A DNA stretch of 62,868 nt, the filler included. It is 4 parts of 4 records of this genome, joined end to end, with 100 filler letters (N's around TTAATTAATTAA, not from the genome) between each part and the next. Parts side by side here need not be neighbours in the genome. Positions count along the whole stretch, not along the records: positions 16,640 to 46,142 come from SRR2962707_5582; positions 46,243 to 56,231 come from SRR2962707_5583; 2 more parts are not named here. One strand, given 5' to 3'. The position numbers and the translations under genes are program-made. Under the pieces are notes generated by a model. That model did no database searches. It saw only the letters and a program-made list of their open reading frames with translations, and had not been told where the DNA came from. Positions within the stretch are counted from its first letter, which is position 1. Every line of letters starts with the position of its first letter. Shown one piece after another: positions 38,432 to 47,963 of the stretch.

Positions 38432-39247
38432 ATGCAGCCCTCCCGCGATATTTCCCGCCTCATCGAGATCATGGCGCGCCTGCGCGACAAGGAAACCGGG
38501 TGTCCCTGGGATGTCGAACAGGATTTCAGATCGATCCGGCACTATACGATCGAGGAAGCCTATGAGGTAGCTGACGCTATCGAGCGCGAGGATTACGAGG
38601 ATCTGCGCGACGAGCTTGGCGATTTGCTGTTGCAGCCGATCTATCACGCGCAAATGGCCAAGGAGGAAGGGCTGTTCGAGATCGGGGACGTGATCTATGC
38701 GGTCACCGAGAAGCTGATTCGGCGCCATCCGCACGTGTTCGGGGACGACGAGGCGGGCAATGCGGCGTCGAGCGAAAACCGCTGGGAGGCTATCAAGGCC
38801 GGTGAACGGGCCAAAAAGGCCGAACGGCGCGGCGGGGAAAAGCCACCGTCGCTGCTGGACGACGTGCCAGCGGGGCTACCAGCCCTGACGCGTGCGGGGA
38901 AACTCGCCAAACGCGCGGCGCGGGTCGGGTTCGACTGGCCGGATACCGGCTCTGTTGTTGCCAAGATCGAAGAGGAACTGGGCGAGGTCGAGGAGGCTCT
39001 TGCGGGAAGCGACGAGGCGGCCAAGACCGAGGAGATCGGCGATCTGCTGTTTGCGGTTGCCAATCTCGCCCGCCATGCAGGAATCGACCCTGAGGCGGCG
39101 CTACGCGATGCCAACGCCAAATTCGTGCGGCGGTTCGAGCATGTCGAAGCGCGGTGTCGTGAGGATGAAGTCGAGATTGCTCAAGCGGGGCTCGAGCGGC
39201 TGGACGGTTACTGGAACGAGATTCGCAAAGCCGACAAATCAGCTTGA
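38432..39247 (+). CDS. mazG: Nucleoside triphosphate pyrophosphohydrolase
   Basis: GCPWD, EEAYEV, DELGDLL, RRHPHVF, GFDW, EEIGDLLF. Confidence 0.96.
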   Translation: MQPSRDISRLIEIMARLRDKETGCPWDVEQDFRSIRHYTIEEAYEVADAIEREDYEDLRDELGDLLLQPIYHAQMAKEEGLFEIGDVIYAVTEKLIRRHPHVFGDDEAGNAASSENRWEAIKAGERAKKAERRGGEKPPSLLDDVPAGLPALTRAGKLAKRAARVGFDWPDTGSVVAKIEEELGEVEEALAGSDEAAKTEEIGDLLFAVANLARHAGIDPEAALRDANAKFVRRFEHVEARCREDEVEIAQAGLERLDGYWNEIRKADKSA

Positions 39248-40594
39248 GCCGTCGAGCCCGGTAATCCGGCCGGCGAACTTTTCCGAAAATTCCGCACGGT
39301 GCCGAGGCAGAACCCGGACCGTGTAGCGCGTGCCTTCATCGTCGGGCTCGCCACGCTCAACGACTTCGGAGTTGGCGTAGAGCCAGCCGGTTTCCGAACT
39401 CGATTCGTGCGGGATCAAGACGCTGAACAGCCGCGAATCCTGGGCGAGCGTTTTTTCGACTGCCAGGAGAAGATCGGGCAGCCCCTGCCCTGTCACTGCC
39501 GAGACAGGAATGGTCGCGGCGACTTTCCCCGCCGGGGTTACCGACGCCAATCCATCGACCGCTTCGGCCGGCAGATTGTCGATCTTGTTCCAGACTTCGA
39601 TGATGGGGGTGGTTTCGCCGGTGACGCCGAGCGAGGCCAGGACCGAGAGCACGTCGGCGGCCTGTGCCGGGTGATCGGGATTGGACACGTCGCGGACGTG
39701 CAGAACCACCTGGGCCTGCGTCACCTCTTCGAGCGTACCGCGGAAGGCGGCGACCAGATCGGTGGGCAGGTCGGAGATGAAACCGACGGTATCGGAGAGA
39801 ATAATATCGCGGCCATGGGGGAGCGAGGCGCGGCGTACGGTAGTGTCGAGCGTTGCGAACAACAGGTTTTCGGCCATCACACCTGAGCCAGTTATAGCAT
39901 TGAACAGGCTCGACTTTCCTGCGTTGGTATAGCCAACGAGAGCGACCACGGGGAACGGCACTGCATCGCGAGGCCCGCGCTGAAGCTGGCGGGTGCGGCG
40001 AACCTTGTCGAGCCGGCGTTCGAGCAACAGGATGCGATCCTGAATCTGCCGGCGGTCGGATTCGATCTGTGTTTCGCCCGGACCACCGAGAAAGCCGCCG
40101 CCGCCGCGCTGGCGCTCGAGGTGCGTCCAGGAGCGGACCAGACGGCCCTTCTGATAATTGAGGTGAGCGAGTTCAACCTGCAGCACGCCTTCACGCGTTG
40201 CCGCGCGCTCGCCGAAGATTTCGAGAATCAGGGCGGTACGGTCGAGGACTTTTACGCCGACTTCACGCTCGAGGTTGCGCTGCTGGATGGGCGAGAGCGG
40301 CGCGTCGACGACGAGCAGCTCGATTTCCTGTTCCTTGGCCCAATCGGCAAGCTGTTGCACCTGCCCGCCACCGAGATAGGTCGCGGGCTTGATTTCGCGC
40401 ACGCGGAAAATCTCGGTAAACACCAGGTCGAGCGCAATCGCCGCGGCAAGCCCGATGAATTCGGCATGCCGCGCCTCAGCTGGGCGCGAATAGCGGTTGT
40501 GCCTGACGTCGGGGGTTACGAGACCAGTGCGTGTGGGGACTTCGCGAAGGTCCACGAAGCCCTTTCCATCGTCGTCGTCTTCTTTATCGATCAA
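39239..40594 (-). CDS. hflX: GTPase HflX
   Basis: [33 protein letters not shown]. Confidence 0.97.
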   Translation of the reverse strand: MIDKEDDDDGKGFVDLREVPTRTGLVTPDVRHNRYSRPAEARHAEFIGLAAAIALDLVFTEIFRVREIKPATYLGGGQVQQLADWAKEQEIELLVVDAPLSPIQQRNLEREVGVKVLDRTALILEIFGERAATREGVLQVELAHLNYQKGRLVRSWTHLERQRGGGGFLGGPGETQIESDRRQIQDRILLLERRLDKVRRTRQLQRGPRDAVPFPVVALVGYTNAGKSSLFNAITGSGVMAENLLFATLDTTVRRASLPHGRDIILSDTVGFISDLPTDLVAAFRGTLEEVTQAQVVLHVRDVSNPDHPAQAADVLSVLASLGVTGETTPIIEVWNKIDNLPAEAVDGLASVTPAGKVAATIPVSAVTGQGLPDLLLAVEKTLAQDSRLFSVLIPHESSSETGWLYANSEVVERGEPDDEGTRYTVRVLPRHRAEFSEKFAGRITGLDGSS

Positions 40595-40836
40595 TCGGTA
40601 TTGCTCTCGGGGTCGAACAGCTGAATGGGCGCGCCCGGCATGATCGTCGAAATCGCGTGCTTATAGACCAGCTGGCTCTGGGCATCGCGACGCAACAGCA
40701 GACAAAAATTGTCGAACCAGGTGATGACGCCCTGCAATTTGACGCCGTTGACGAGGAAGATCGTCACCGGAACCTTGTTCTTGCGAACGTGATTGAGAAA
40801 GGCATCCTGAAGGTTCTGCACCTTTTCACTGGGCAT
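40591..40836 (-). CDS. hfq: RNA chaperone Hfq
   Basis: [29 protein letters not shown]. Confidence 0.98.
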   Translation of the reverse strand: MPSEKVQNLQDAFLNHVRKNKVPVTIFLVNGVKLQGVITWFDNFCLLLRRDAQSQLVYKHAISTIMPGAPIQLFDPESNTD

Positions 40837-40996
40837 TGTACGGCCTCTTGTTTTGCGTTGGGCACGAGGCACCGGTCAGACGCCCCGACCGATCCTATTG
40901 TTTGACAACCAGATTGGGTGCCGCCCTGCCCGTTTGACGCATTTCATGTCAACGTCGTAACTATTGCATATCTCTTTGGGCGAGCCTAGAGCGGAA

Positions 40997-42436
40997 TTAC
41001 CAGCGATTTCCTGTAATTGCCGCCAGCACCACGAGGATTTCGATGCGGGCGATGGCGGCCACTGCCGAGATCGTCAGCAAAGTTGCGTCCGACGCAACGC
41101 CCTGCGACAGACCGGGAATGGCCGAGTCGACGAGATTGCCGACCTGAGAAAACGCGCCGGCAGCGATGGCCATGGCGGCCGGCAGCGAATGGCCCTGCGC
41201 GGCGAAAATCATCAGCGCCATGGTGAGGGCCAGAAGGCCTAGAAAGAAAGTGCTCCAGACCGACTTGGCGATAATGCGCTGCTGGGTGTCATATTGGACG
41301 TCGTCACGCAGGATGGCGCTCGGATAGACCAGCCGGTCGAGTTCATTGCCAACGTGTTTGAGCATGGTCAGCAGGCGGAATGCCTTGATGCCACCAGCGG
41401 TCGAATATGAGCACCCACCGATGAAGACGATGATGAGAATGGCCTCGAAGGGCAAGAAAACGCCCAGCCGCTGATCGTGGGTTACCCCGGTTGTCGTGGC
41501 GATCGAGATCATGTCGAAAACGTAATTGAAGGCGCTTTCAAAGCCTTGCCGCCCGGTTGGCGGGGCAAAGATCGAGGCGAGAATAGCCAGGCCTGCCAAT
41601 GCGCCGATGGTTGCAAGATAGCGCATGCCTTCATGATGCTCGCGCGAGCCTTCGCCTGCGCGTCCGATAAGCAGCCGGTGCCAGATTATGCTGGTAGCCC
41701 CGATCAGCATGAAGACCATCATGACGACTTCGGCGAGCCGGTTGTCGAGGACCGAAGTGGTCGATCCTGGTGGGACGAAACCGTTGGTCGAGAGCATGCT
41801 CATGGCCACCACGACGGCATCGTCGGCCGGCACGCGGACGATGACGAGCAAAACGGCGCAGATGATCGTCAGGGTCAGATAGGGCACGGCGATCGACTGC
41901 AATGTGAGGAGAATGCGCGGATCGTGTTCGGTACGGGCATGCTGGACCTGCCGCAAATTGGCATTGGGTATGCCGCCAACCCGATAGGGTCCCAACACAT
42001 AGACAGCCAATGTCAGGGTGGTAAGGCCACCGACCCAGGCAACCGTGGCGCGGTAGAACGTCATGGACGGAGAGAGGTCAGCGGGTGGGCGCAGGGTCGC
42101 CCCGAGCGTTACCGCGGCCGAACTGGCCTCAAAAATGGCCGGGATCAGCCGCTGGCCCTCGACCAGCATGAACAGGGGCACGGCGGCGGCGATCAAGGAC
42201 AGCCAGACGGTGATTGCCGCCATGAATACCCCCGCCCTGTTTAGGGTGCGGGCCCGGCGGCTGAGCGAGAGGATGGTGACGGCGGACAGAAATCCGTAGG
42301 CGATGCCGACAAGAAAGATGGCTTCGAGCGCGCGCCAATTACCTTCGACCAGAGCGACGAATAGCGGCAACACCAATGAGAGGGCGAAAACCCCGAACAC
42401 ACCGGCCGATAGAATTCCGATGGTGGGCAAACCCAT
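40997..42436 (-). CDS. trkH: TrkH-family potassium uptake membrane protein (divergent)
   Basis: WVGG, GGCSYSTAGGIK, four pore-loop-like motifs, ARIEIL; downstream of trkA. Confidence 0.85.
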   Translation of the reverse strand: MGLPTIGILSAGVFGVFALSLVLPLFVALVEGNWRALEAIFLVGIAYGFLSAVTILSLSRRARTLNRAGVFMAAITVWLSLIAAAVPLFMLVEGQRLIPAIFEASSAAVTLGATLRPPADLSPSMTFYRATVAWVGGLTTLTLAVYVLGPYRVGGIPNANLRQVQHARTEHDPRILLTLQSIAVPYLTLTIICAVLLVIVRVPADDAVVVAMSMLSTNGFVPPGSTTSVLDNRLAEVVMMVFMLIGATSIIWHRLLIGRAGEGSREHHEGMRYLATIGALAGLAILASIFAPPTGRQGFESAFNYVFDMISIATTTGVTHDQRLGVFLPFEAILIIVFIGGCSYSTAGGIKAFRLLTMLKHVGNELDRLVYPSAILRDDVQYDTQQRIIAKSVWSTFFLGLLALTMALMIFAAQGHSLPAAMAIAAGAFSQVGNLVDSAIPGLSQGVASDATLLTISAVAAIARIEILVVLAAITGNRW

Positions 42437-42579
42437 CCCCTCGCAAATACCGCCTGGAGCATTTTTTGCATTTCGCTGGCGCGGCCCTTCGGGTCTTCGA
42501 AACGCTCAAATAGCTCCAAGTCATTGCCTTGTCGCGCTTCCGAACCGCAAAAGTGGGAGCCACTTTTACTGGAAGCACT

Positions 42580-43956
42580 CTAAAAAAAGTCGATACTGAC
42601 CCTGAACATCTGCTCGACCTGTCGCAGGCTGGCAGCGAGAGCGAAGACGATCACGAAATCGCCGGCGCGCACGATGGTGTCGCCCGTCGGCATGATCGAC
42701 TGGCTGCCGCGCACGATGGCGCCGATGCGGATGCCGGGTGGCAGTTTGAATTCGCGCAGCGGCTTTCCGACCAGCGTAGAGGTTTCAAGCGCTTCTGCTT
42801 CGAGAATTTCTGCAGCGCCATTGCCAAGCGTATAGACACCCCGAATACGCCCCCGCCTTACATGGCGGAGCACCTTCGAGACGGTAATGGCGCGCGGATT
42901 GATGAACGCATCGACGCCGAGCCGCCGGGCGACACGCGGATACTGGCTCTGGTTCACCAGCGCGATGTTGGCGCGGCAGCCCATTTCGCTGGCGATGACC
43001 GAGGAAAGGATGTTGGTTTTGTCATCATTGGTCAGGCCCAGGAACATATGGGCGTCGCGGACGTCGACCTCACGCATGATGTCTTCGGCCAGCGCATCAC
43101 CGAACACGACGATGGAATGCTTCATGGCTTCAGCAGTCCGCTGCGCGTTCTCGCGATTGCTCTCGATGATACGGATGGAAACAGTGGGATCGGTTTCCTC
43201 GATCCGGCGCGCAACATAGCGGCCGACATTGCCGGCGCCGGCGATGACCACGCGGCTGGGCGGAACTTCGTCGCGCCCGAAAAGGCCAAGGACGCGCTGG
43301 ACCTGATCGCGGGCCACGGCCACAACAGCCTGATCGCCGGCGATCATCTGTTCGTGGGAATGGATGACCCGCATTTCGCCATCGCGCCGCACGCCCATGA
43401 CGGTAGCCTGGAGGTTGGGAAACAAATCCGTGAGGTGGCGCAGCGGCGTATCGATCACCGCGCAGTCCTCGGTGACGTTGACCTCGATCACCACCACCTG
43501 ATCGTCTTCGAACGTCACGATCTCGTTGGCGCCGGGATAGGCCATGCGCTGCAGAATGAGTTCACCGACTTCCACTTCGGGCGAGATGATGACGTCGATG
43601 GGCAGATGATCCCGGGAGAACATGTTGCTCCATTCGGGATCGAGATAGCTTTGCGAGCGGATGCGCGCGATGCGGGTGGGCACTTCGAAGATCGAGTGGG
43701 CCACCTGGCAGGCCGTCATGTTGACTTCGTCGACCTGCGTAACGGCAATCAGCATATCGGCATCGCGCGCGCCGGCCTGGGCCAGAACGTCCGGGTGTGA
43801 CCCGTGGCCATGCAAGCCGCGCGCGTCGAGCGTGTCGCGCACGCGCTGCACCAATGCCGGATTGTTATCGATGACGGTGATTTCGTTGCCTTCGGCCGAC
43901 AGGCGTTCAGCGATCCCGTAGCCGACCTGGCCGGCTCCGCAGATAATAACTCTCAT
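42580..43956 (-). CDS. trkA: Trk system gating subunit TrkA
   Basis: ICGAGQVG, tandem RCK domains, IISPE, IAGAGNVG. Confidence 0.96.
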   Translation of the reverse strand: MRVIICGAGQVGYGIAERLSAEGNEITVIDNNPALVQRVRDTLDARGLHGHGSHPDVLAQAGARDADMLIAVTQVDEVNMTACQVAHSIFEVPTRIARIRSQSYLDPEWSNMFSRDHLPIDVIISPEVEVGELILQRMAYPGANEIVTFEDDQVVVIEVNVTEDCAVIDTPLRHLTDLFPNLQATVMGVRRDGEMRVIHSHEQMIAGDQAVVAVARDQVQRVLGLFGRDEVPPSRVVIAGAGNVGRYVARRIEETDPTVSIRIIESNRENAQRTAEAMKHSIVVFGDALAEDIMREVDVRDAHMFLGLTNDDKTNILSSVIASEMGCRANIALVNQSQYPRVARRLGVDAFINPRAITVSKVLRHVRRGRIRGVYTLGNGAAEILEAEALETSTLVGKPLREFKLPPGIRIGAIVRGSQSIMPTGDTIVRAGDFVIVFALAASLRQVEQMFRVSIDFF

Positions 43957-44011
43957 TTCAGCGTCCCAGATGGAAGCGACGGCGCATGTGTTAGCACGCC
44001 ATCAGCTCTCA

Positions 44012-45388
44012 CTAAAGCCCGAGCGATTTGATCTTGCGGTGCAGCGCACTGCGCTCCATGCCAACAAATTCCGCGGTTTTCGAGATGTTGCCTCCAAACC
44101 GCTCGATCTGGGCGATCAGGTACTGACGCTCGAAAACCTCGCGCGCGTCACGCAAAGGCAGACTCATCAAATGGGCCGATGAGTCGGTATCGCCGATGGT
44201 GGGCAGCACTTCGGAAATATCGGACGGCAGCATGGAGGCCGTGATGATGCCATCGTCGGGCTGCTGGTCGCGCACCAGAATGAGCAGCCGCTCGATGGCG
44301 TTGCGCAACTGGCGCGCATTGCCGGGCCAGTCCTGGCCCTGGAGAACGGCTATGGCGTCGTCTCCGAACAGAAAGCGCGGCAGATTGTGCATGCGCGAAA
44401 GCTGGGCGACGAACAGGCTGACCAGCGACGGAATATCCTCGCGGCGCTCACGCAGAGAGGTCAGTTGCAGCGGGACGACCGAGAGCCTGTGGAACAGATC
44501 GGTGCGGAATTTCCCGTCTTCGATAAGGTTGGCGACGTTTTGCGAGCTCGAAGAGACGATGCGCACATCGACCGGCACCTGGCCGTGGCCGTCAACGCGG
44601 GTAAACTTGTTTTCGACAAGCGCGCGCAGGAGCGAGGTCTGCGCCTCAAGGGGGAGCGAAGCGACTTCGGACAAATAGAGCGTGCCGCCATGGGCGCGTT
44701 CGAGCGCGCCGACTTCCGTGCGCAGGCCGTTCTTGTCGCGCACTTCGCGTCCGAACAGAACGACGGGAATTTCGTCCGGCGCGTAGAGCGAGGCGTTGAT
44801 TTCGATGAATGGACCAGCGGCGCGCGGGCTTTTGAAGTGCAGCAAGCGGGCGCACATGCCCTTGCCGGTCCCTGCCCCGCCCGAAATGAAGACGCGCGAG
44901 CGTGTGCCGGCCGATTTTTCAATCAACGAGCGCACCTGCGCTATGGCGCCGGAGACGCCGACCAGTTCGGTTTCATCGCCGGTCCGCTCCTTGAGATCGG
45001 CAACCTCGGTCCGCAGCTTGCTCGCCTCTATGGCGCGCTGGGTGATCAGCAGCAGCCGGTCGATCTTGAAGGGCTTTTCGATATAGTCGTAAGCGCCGCG
45101 GCGGATGGCCGAGACGGCAGTTTCAACATTGCCGTGGCCAGAGATCATTACCACTGGAAGATCGGGATGATCGGCTTGCAGGACATCGAGCAGCTGCAGG
45201 CCGTCGAGGCGCGACCCTTGCATCCATATATCGAGGAATACGAGATTGGGACGCCGTTTGGCGATCTCGTTCAGAGCGCCGTCGGCATCAGAAGCCTGCC
45301 GCGGCTCGTAGCCTTCATCTTCGAGAATTCCGGCAATCAGTTCCCGGATATCTTCTTCGTCGTCCACAATCAGAATGTCACGAGCCAT
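44012..45388 (-). CDS. ntrX: NtrC-family response regulator NtrX
   Basis: REC domain LDIWMQGSRLDG, ISGHGN; AAA+ domain lacking GAFTGA; Fis HTH ERSALHRK. Confidence 0.95.
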   Translation of the reverse strand: MARDILIVDDEEDIRELIAGILEDEGYEPRQASDADGALNEIAKRRPNLVFLDIWMQGSRLDGLQLLDVLQADHPDLPVVMISGHGNVETAVSAIRRGAYDYIEKPFKIDRLLLITQRAIEASKLRTEVADLKERTGDETELVGVSGAIAQVRSLIEKSAGTRSRVFISGGAGTGKGMCARLLHFKSPRAAGPFIEINASLYAPDEIPVVLFGREVRDKNGLRTEVGALERAHGGTLYLSEVASLPLEAQTSLLRALVENKFTRVDGHGQVPVDVRIVSSSSQNVANLIEDGKFRTDLFHRLSVVPLQLTSLRERREDIPSLVSLFVAQLSRMHNLPRFLFGDDAIAVLQGQDWPGNARQLRNAIERLLILVRDQQPDDGIITASMLPSDISEVLPTIGDTDSSAHLMSLPLRDAREVFERQYLIAQIERFGGNISKTAEFVGMERSALHRKIKSLGL

Positions 45389-46142
45389 TTACTTAATTGC
45401 CATCGCGGATACGCGCGATGTCTCCTCTTGGGTCGTTTTTTCGGCGTTATCACCGTCGCCTTGGAATGCGACCGGCTGTTTTCCACTTTCCTGCAACGGT
45501 AGCGTGAAGGCGAAACAGGCGCCTATGCGGCCATTGGAGTCGGGAGCGGCATCGCGCAGATCCACACGGCCGCCATGCTGTTCAATGATCTTTGCGACAA
45601 TAGCAAGACCAAGTCCGGTGCCCTTTTCGCGGGTCGTCATATAGGGTTCAAGAAGCTGGTGGCGGTTTTCCTCAGGCCAGCCCTTGCCGTTGTCGCTGAC
45701 TTCGATGACCGCTTCGTCACCATTGATCGAAGCCGAAACGATGACTTCGGGGTCCTCAATTGTATCAAGGCCCACGCTTTCAATGGCTTCCACGCCATTC
45801 TTGATGAGGTTTGTGAGCGCCTGAGACACCAGTCTGGTGTCAAACTGCGCGTATATCGTCTCGTCGGGCAATGCTGCCTTGATGTTGATTTCCGGCTGGC
45901 GGACGCTTTCGAGAAACACCGACTGCCGGACGGTATCGGAAAGATCGGCCCGGACAATCGTTGCCGACGGCATGCGGGCGAAGGAGGAAAACTCATCGAC
46001 CATACGCCCGATATCGCCTACCTGGCGTACGATGGTCGAGATGCATTTGTCGAAGACGTCGAAATCGTCGGCGAGCTTGTTGGCGTAGCGGCGGCGCAGC
46101 CGTTCGGCTGAAAGCTGGATCGGGGTCAGCGGGTTCTTGATC
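45389..46142 (-). CDS. ntrY: Sensor histidine kinase NtrY, C-terminal part (5' truncated)
   Basis: IKNPLTPIQLSAERL at the contig edge; MVDEFSSFARMP, DNGKG, PYMTTREKGTGLGL. Confidence 0.95.
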
Positions 46143-46242
46143 NNNNNNNNNNNNNNNNNNNNNNNNNNNNNNNNNNNNNNNNNNNNTTAATTAATTAANN
46201 NNNNNNNNNNNNNNNNNNNNNNNNNNNNNNNNNNNNNNNNNN
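46143..46242. other. Artificial contig linker
   Basis: N-run, TTAATTAATTAA, N-run. Confidence 0.98.
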
Positions 46243-46320
46243 CCGAGTGGCCGAAGGAGCACGCCTGGAAAGTGTGTATACGGAAACGTATCGAGGGTTC
46301 GAATCCCTCCCTCACCGCCA
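46243..46320 (+). tRNA. tRNA-Ser (anticodon GGA), 5' end truncated
   Basis: CCGAGTGG D-arm, CACGC-CTGGAAA-GTGTG anticodon arm, variable arm, GGTTCGAATCC, CTCACC-G-CCA. Confidence 0.93.
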
Positions 46321-46323
46321 AAT

Positions 46324-46352
46324 AAAAAGCCCCGCTTAACGCGGGGTTTTTT
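46324..46352 (+). terminator. Intrinsic terminator after tRNA-Ser
   Basis: AAAAAGCCCCGC-TTAAC-GCGGGGTTTTTT. Confidence 0.85.
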
Positions 46353-46364
46353 GTTTGGCGGTCG

Positions 46365-46490
46365 TGGGCGGCCTTGATGAGCCCCTCCGGTTCGACCAGC
46401 CGGCCTTGGCCGGCGCAGGACGTCGCCCTTGGGCGACGGGGCGAAGCCCCGAGCGTCAGCGAGTCAATCCCTCCCTCACCGCCAAATAAA
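46365..46490 (+). repeat. tRNA-linked repeat (RtT-like) ending in a copy of the tRNA 3' end
   Basis: 25-bp AATCCCTCCCTCACCGCCAAATAAA at 46302-46326 and 46466-46490; GGTTCGA followed by stacked hairpins in between. Confidence 0.75.
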
Positions 46491-46514
46491 GAACTCCGCC
46501 ACCTCCTCATGGCC

Positions 46515-46543
46515 TTGACGTTTAACGTTAAGCGTTATATTTT
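46515..46543 (+). promoter_or_regulatory. higBA promoter with palindromic operator
   Basis: TTGACG-N17-TATTTT, with TTAACGTTAA (46522-46531) in the spacer. Confidence 0.75.
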
Positions 46544-46549
46544 CTCTCA

Positions 46550-46828
46550 ATGATTAAGAGCTTTTGTTGCCCGGACACTCGCAGCTTGTTTGAGACTGGC
46601 AAGACCCGCCGTTGGAGCGGGATTGGCAGAGTGGCTCAACGCAAACTGGCCATGCTGCATGCCGCCAGAGAGCTGCGGGATTTGTTGTCACCGCCGGGTA
46701 ACAGGTTGGAGGCGCTTAAAGGAGACCGTTTGGGACAGCACAGCATCCGCATCAATGACCAATGGCGAATCTGTTTCCGTTGGACAAGTGTCGGGCCGGA
46801 GGATGTGGAAATTGTGGATTATCACTAA
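46550..46828 (+). CDS. higB: HigB toxin (RelE/ParE superfamily)
   Basis: MIKSF, PPGNRLEALKGDR.GQHSIRINDQWRICF, EIVDYH. Confidence 0.95.
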   Translation: MIKSFCCPDTRSLFETGKTRRWSGIGRVAQRKLAMLHAARELRDLLSPPGNRLEALKGDRLGQHSIRINDQWRICFRWTSVGPEDVEIVDYH

Positions 46829-46840
46829 GGAGGCCAGGCC

Positions 46841-47149
46841 ATGATTCAGAATGGAATGCGTCCGGTCCATCCGGGCGAAGTATTGCGTGAGGAATTCCTG
46901 GAGCCGCTGGGTATCAGCGCCCATGCTCTATCGCGGGCGCTGCATGTCTCGGCGCCGCGCGTCAATGAGATCGTACGCGAGAGGCGCGGCATTACCGCGG
47001 ATACGGCGATGCGATTGGCCCGCTTTTTCAACACAACGCCGCATTTCTGGATGAACCTGCAAGCGGAGTATGATATTCGTGTCGCCGAAAACATGTCCGC
47101 GAAGGTGATCGCCGAGGAGGTTGAGCCCTACAAAGCGGCTTGCGTGTAA
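46841..47149 (+). CDS. higA: HigA antitoxin
   Basis: HPGEVLREEFL, ITADTAMRL, FWMNLQ. Confidence 0.95.
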   Translation: MIQNGMRPVHPGEVLREEFLEPLGISAHALSRALHVSAPRVNEIVRERRGITADTAMRLARFFNTTPHFWMNLQAEYDIRVAENMSAKVIAEEVEPYKAACV

Positions 47150-47174
47150 GGCTTCTGATGTCGATTGTGTCGCT

Positions 47175-47849
47175 CTATGTTGCGCGACCAGACTTCTTTT
47201 TTCTTGCCGTACCCTTGCGGGCGGCAGGCTCACTGCTATTGGGCTGCGGCAGGCCGTCCCCCTGCAGGGTATCCAGAAACAGCCGGACTTCCTCCGGTGT
47301 AATGTGTTGCCACTCCCGGGCGGCGAGTACCTGATCGACTTCCTCGGCCCATTCCAGCCAGGTTTCCGCCAGCCGGATCCCCCGTTTGAGGGTCAGGAAC
47401 ACCCCCATGAATTTGCCCAGCACGGTGGCCGGCAGCGATTCGAATACGGCCCGTTTGCGGTACAGGTGCTCCAGTGTCCGCCGATAATGTTCCCGCAGTT
47501 GGTTCAGTTCCGTGGCCAGGGTGTCCGGGTCCTGCAGGTGCATGGAGGCAACCTTCACCATGAAGCCGTCATTGAGTCTGGGTACCGCAATGGGCTTGGC
47601 GAGCCATTCCTGCATGGCCTGCCAGCCGGCCTGATTCAGATGGTAAACCTTGCGCGGCGGTCGCGGGGCGTTGTCCACCGTCTCGCAATCCAGCAGTCCA
47701 TCCTTATGCAGCTTGGCAAGATCCCGGTAAATCTGCTGAAAGCTGGCATTCCACAGATAGCCATAAGTGTGCTGAAAGCCTTTGACGATGTCGTAGCCGG
47801 CGGCACCGCCGCTACCCAGATAGACCAACAAAACGTGGCGTAGGGACAT
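47175..47849 (-). CDS. PadR/AphA-family transcriptional regulator
   Basis: MSLRHVLL, GYDI, WNASFQQIYRDL, RKVYHL; C-terminal helical domain ending WLEW; GGAGG RBS. Confidence 0.9.
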   Translation of the reverse strand: MSLRHVLLVYLGSGGAAGYDIVKGFQHTYGYLWNASFQQIYRDLAKLHKDGLLDCETVDNAPRPPRKVYHLNQAGWQAMQEWLAKPIAVPRLNDGFMVKVASMHLQDPDTLATELNQLREHYRRTLEHLYRKRAVFESLPATVLGKFMGVFLTLKRGIRLAETWLEWAEEVDQVLAAREWQHITPEEVRLFLDTLQGDGLPQPNSSEPAARKGTARKKKSGRAT

Positions 47850-47897
47850 CTTTTTCCTCCTCCGCTGATGGTACACATCGCTAAACTTGATTAATAC

Positions 47898-47909
47898 TCA
47901 ACATGTTGA
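47898..47909. promoter_or_regulatory. Putative PadR operator
   Basis: Perfect palindrome TCAACATGTTGA in the AT-rich divergent intergenic region. Confidence 0.65.
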
Positions 47910-47963
47910 ATGATTGGATTGGGTGGCGTAGGGTTGCTTAAAAAACACCCACAGGAGGACGTC

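Noticed and set aside
39239..39247. Convergent 9-bp overlap of mazG and hflX
   Set aside because: Short tail-to-tail overlaps are common and this gene arrangement is ordinary in alphaproteobacteria.
32922..45502. Long antisense ORFs (33774-34985, 37229-38734, 42529-43800, 44387-45502)
   Set aside because: Shadows of mfd, recG, trkA and ntrX caused by GC3 codon bias.
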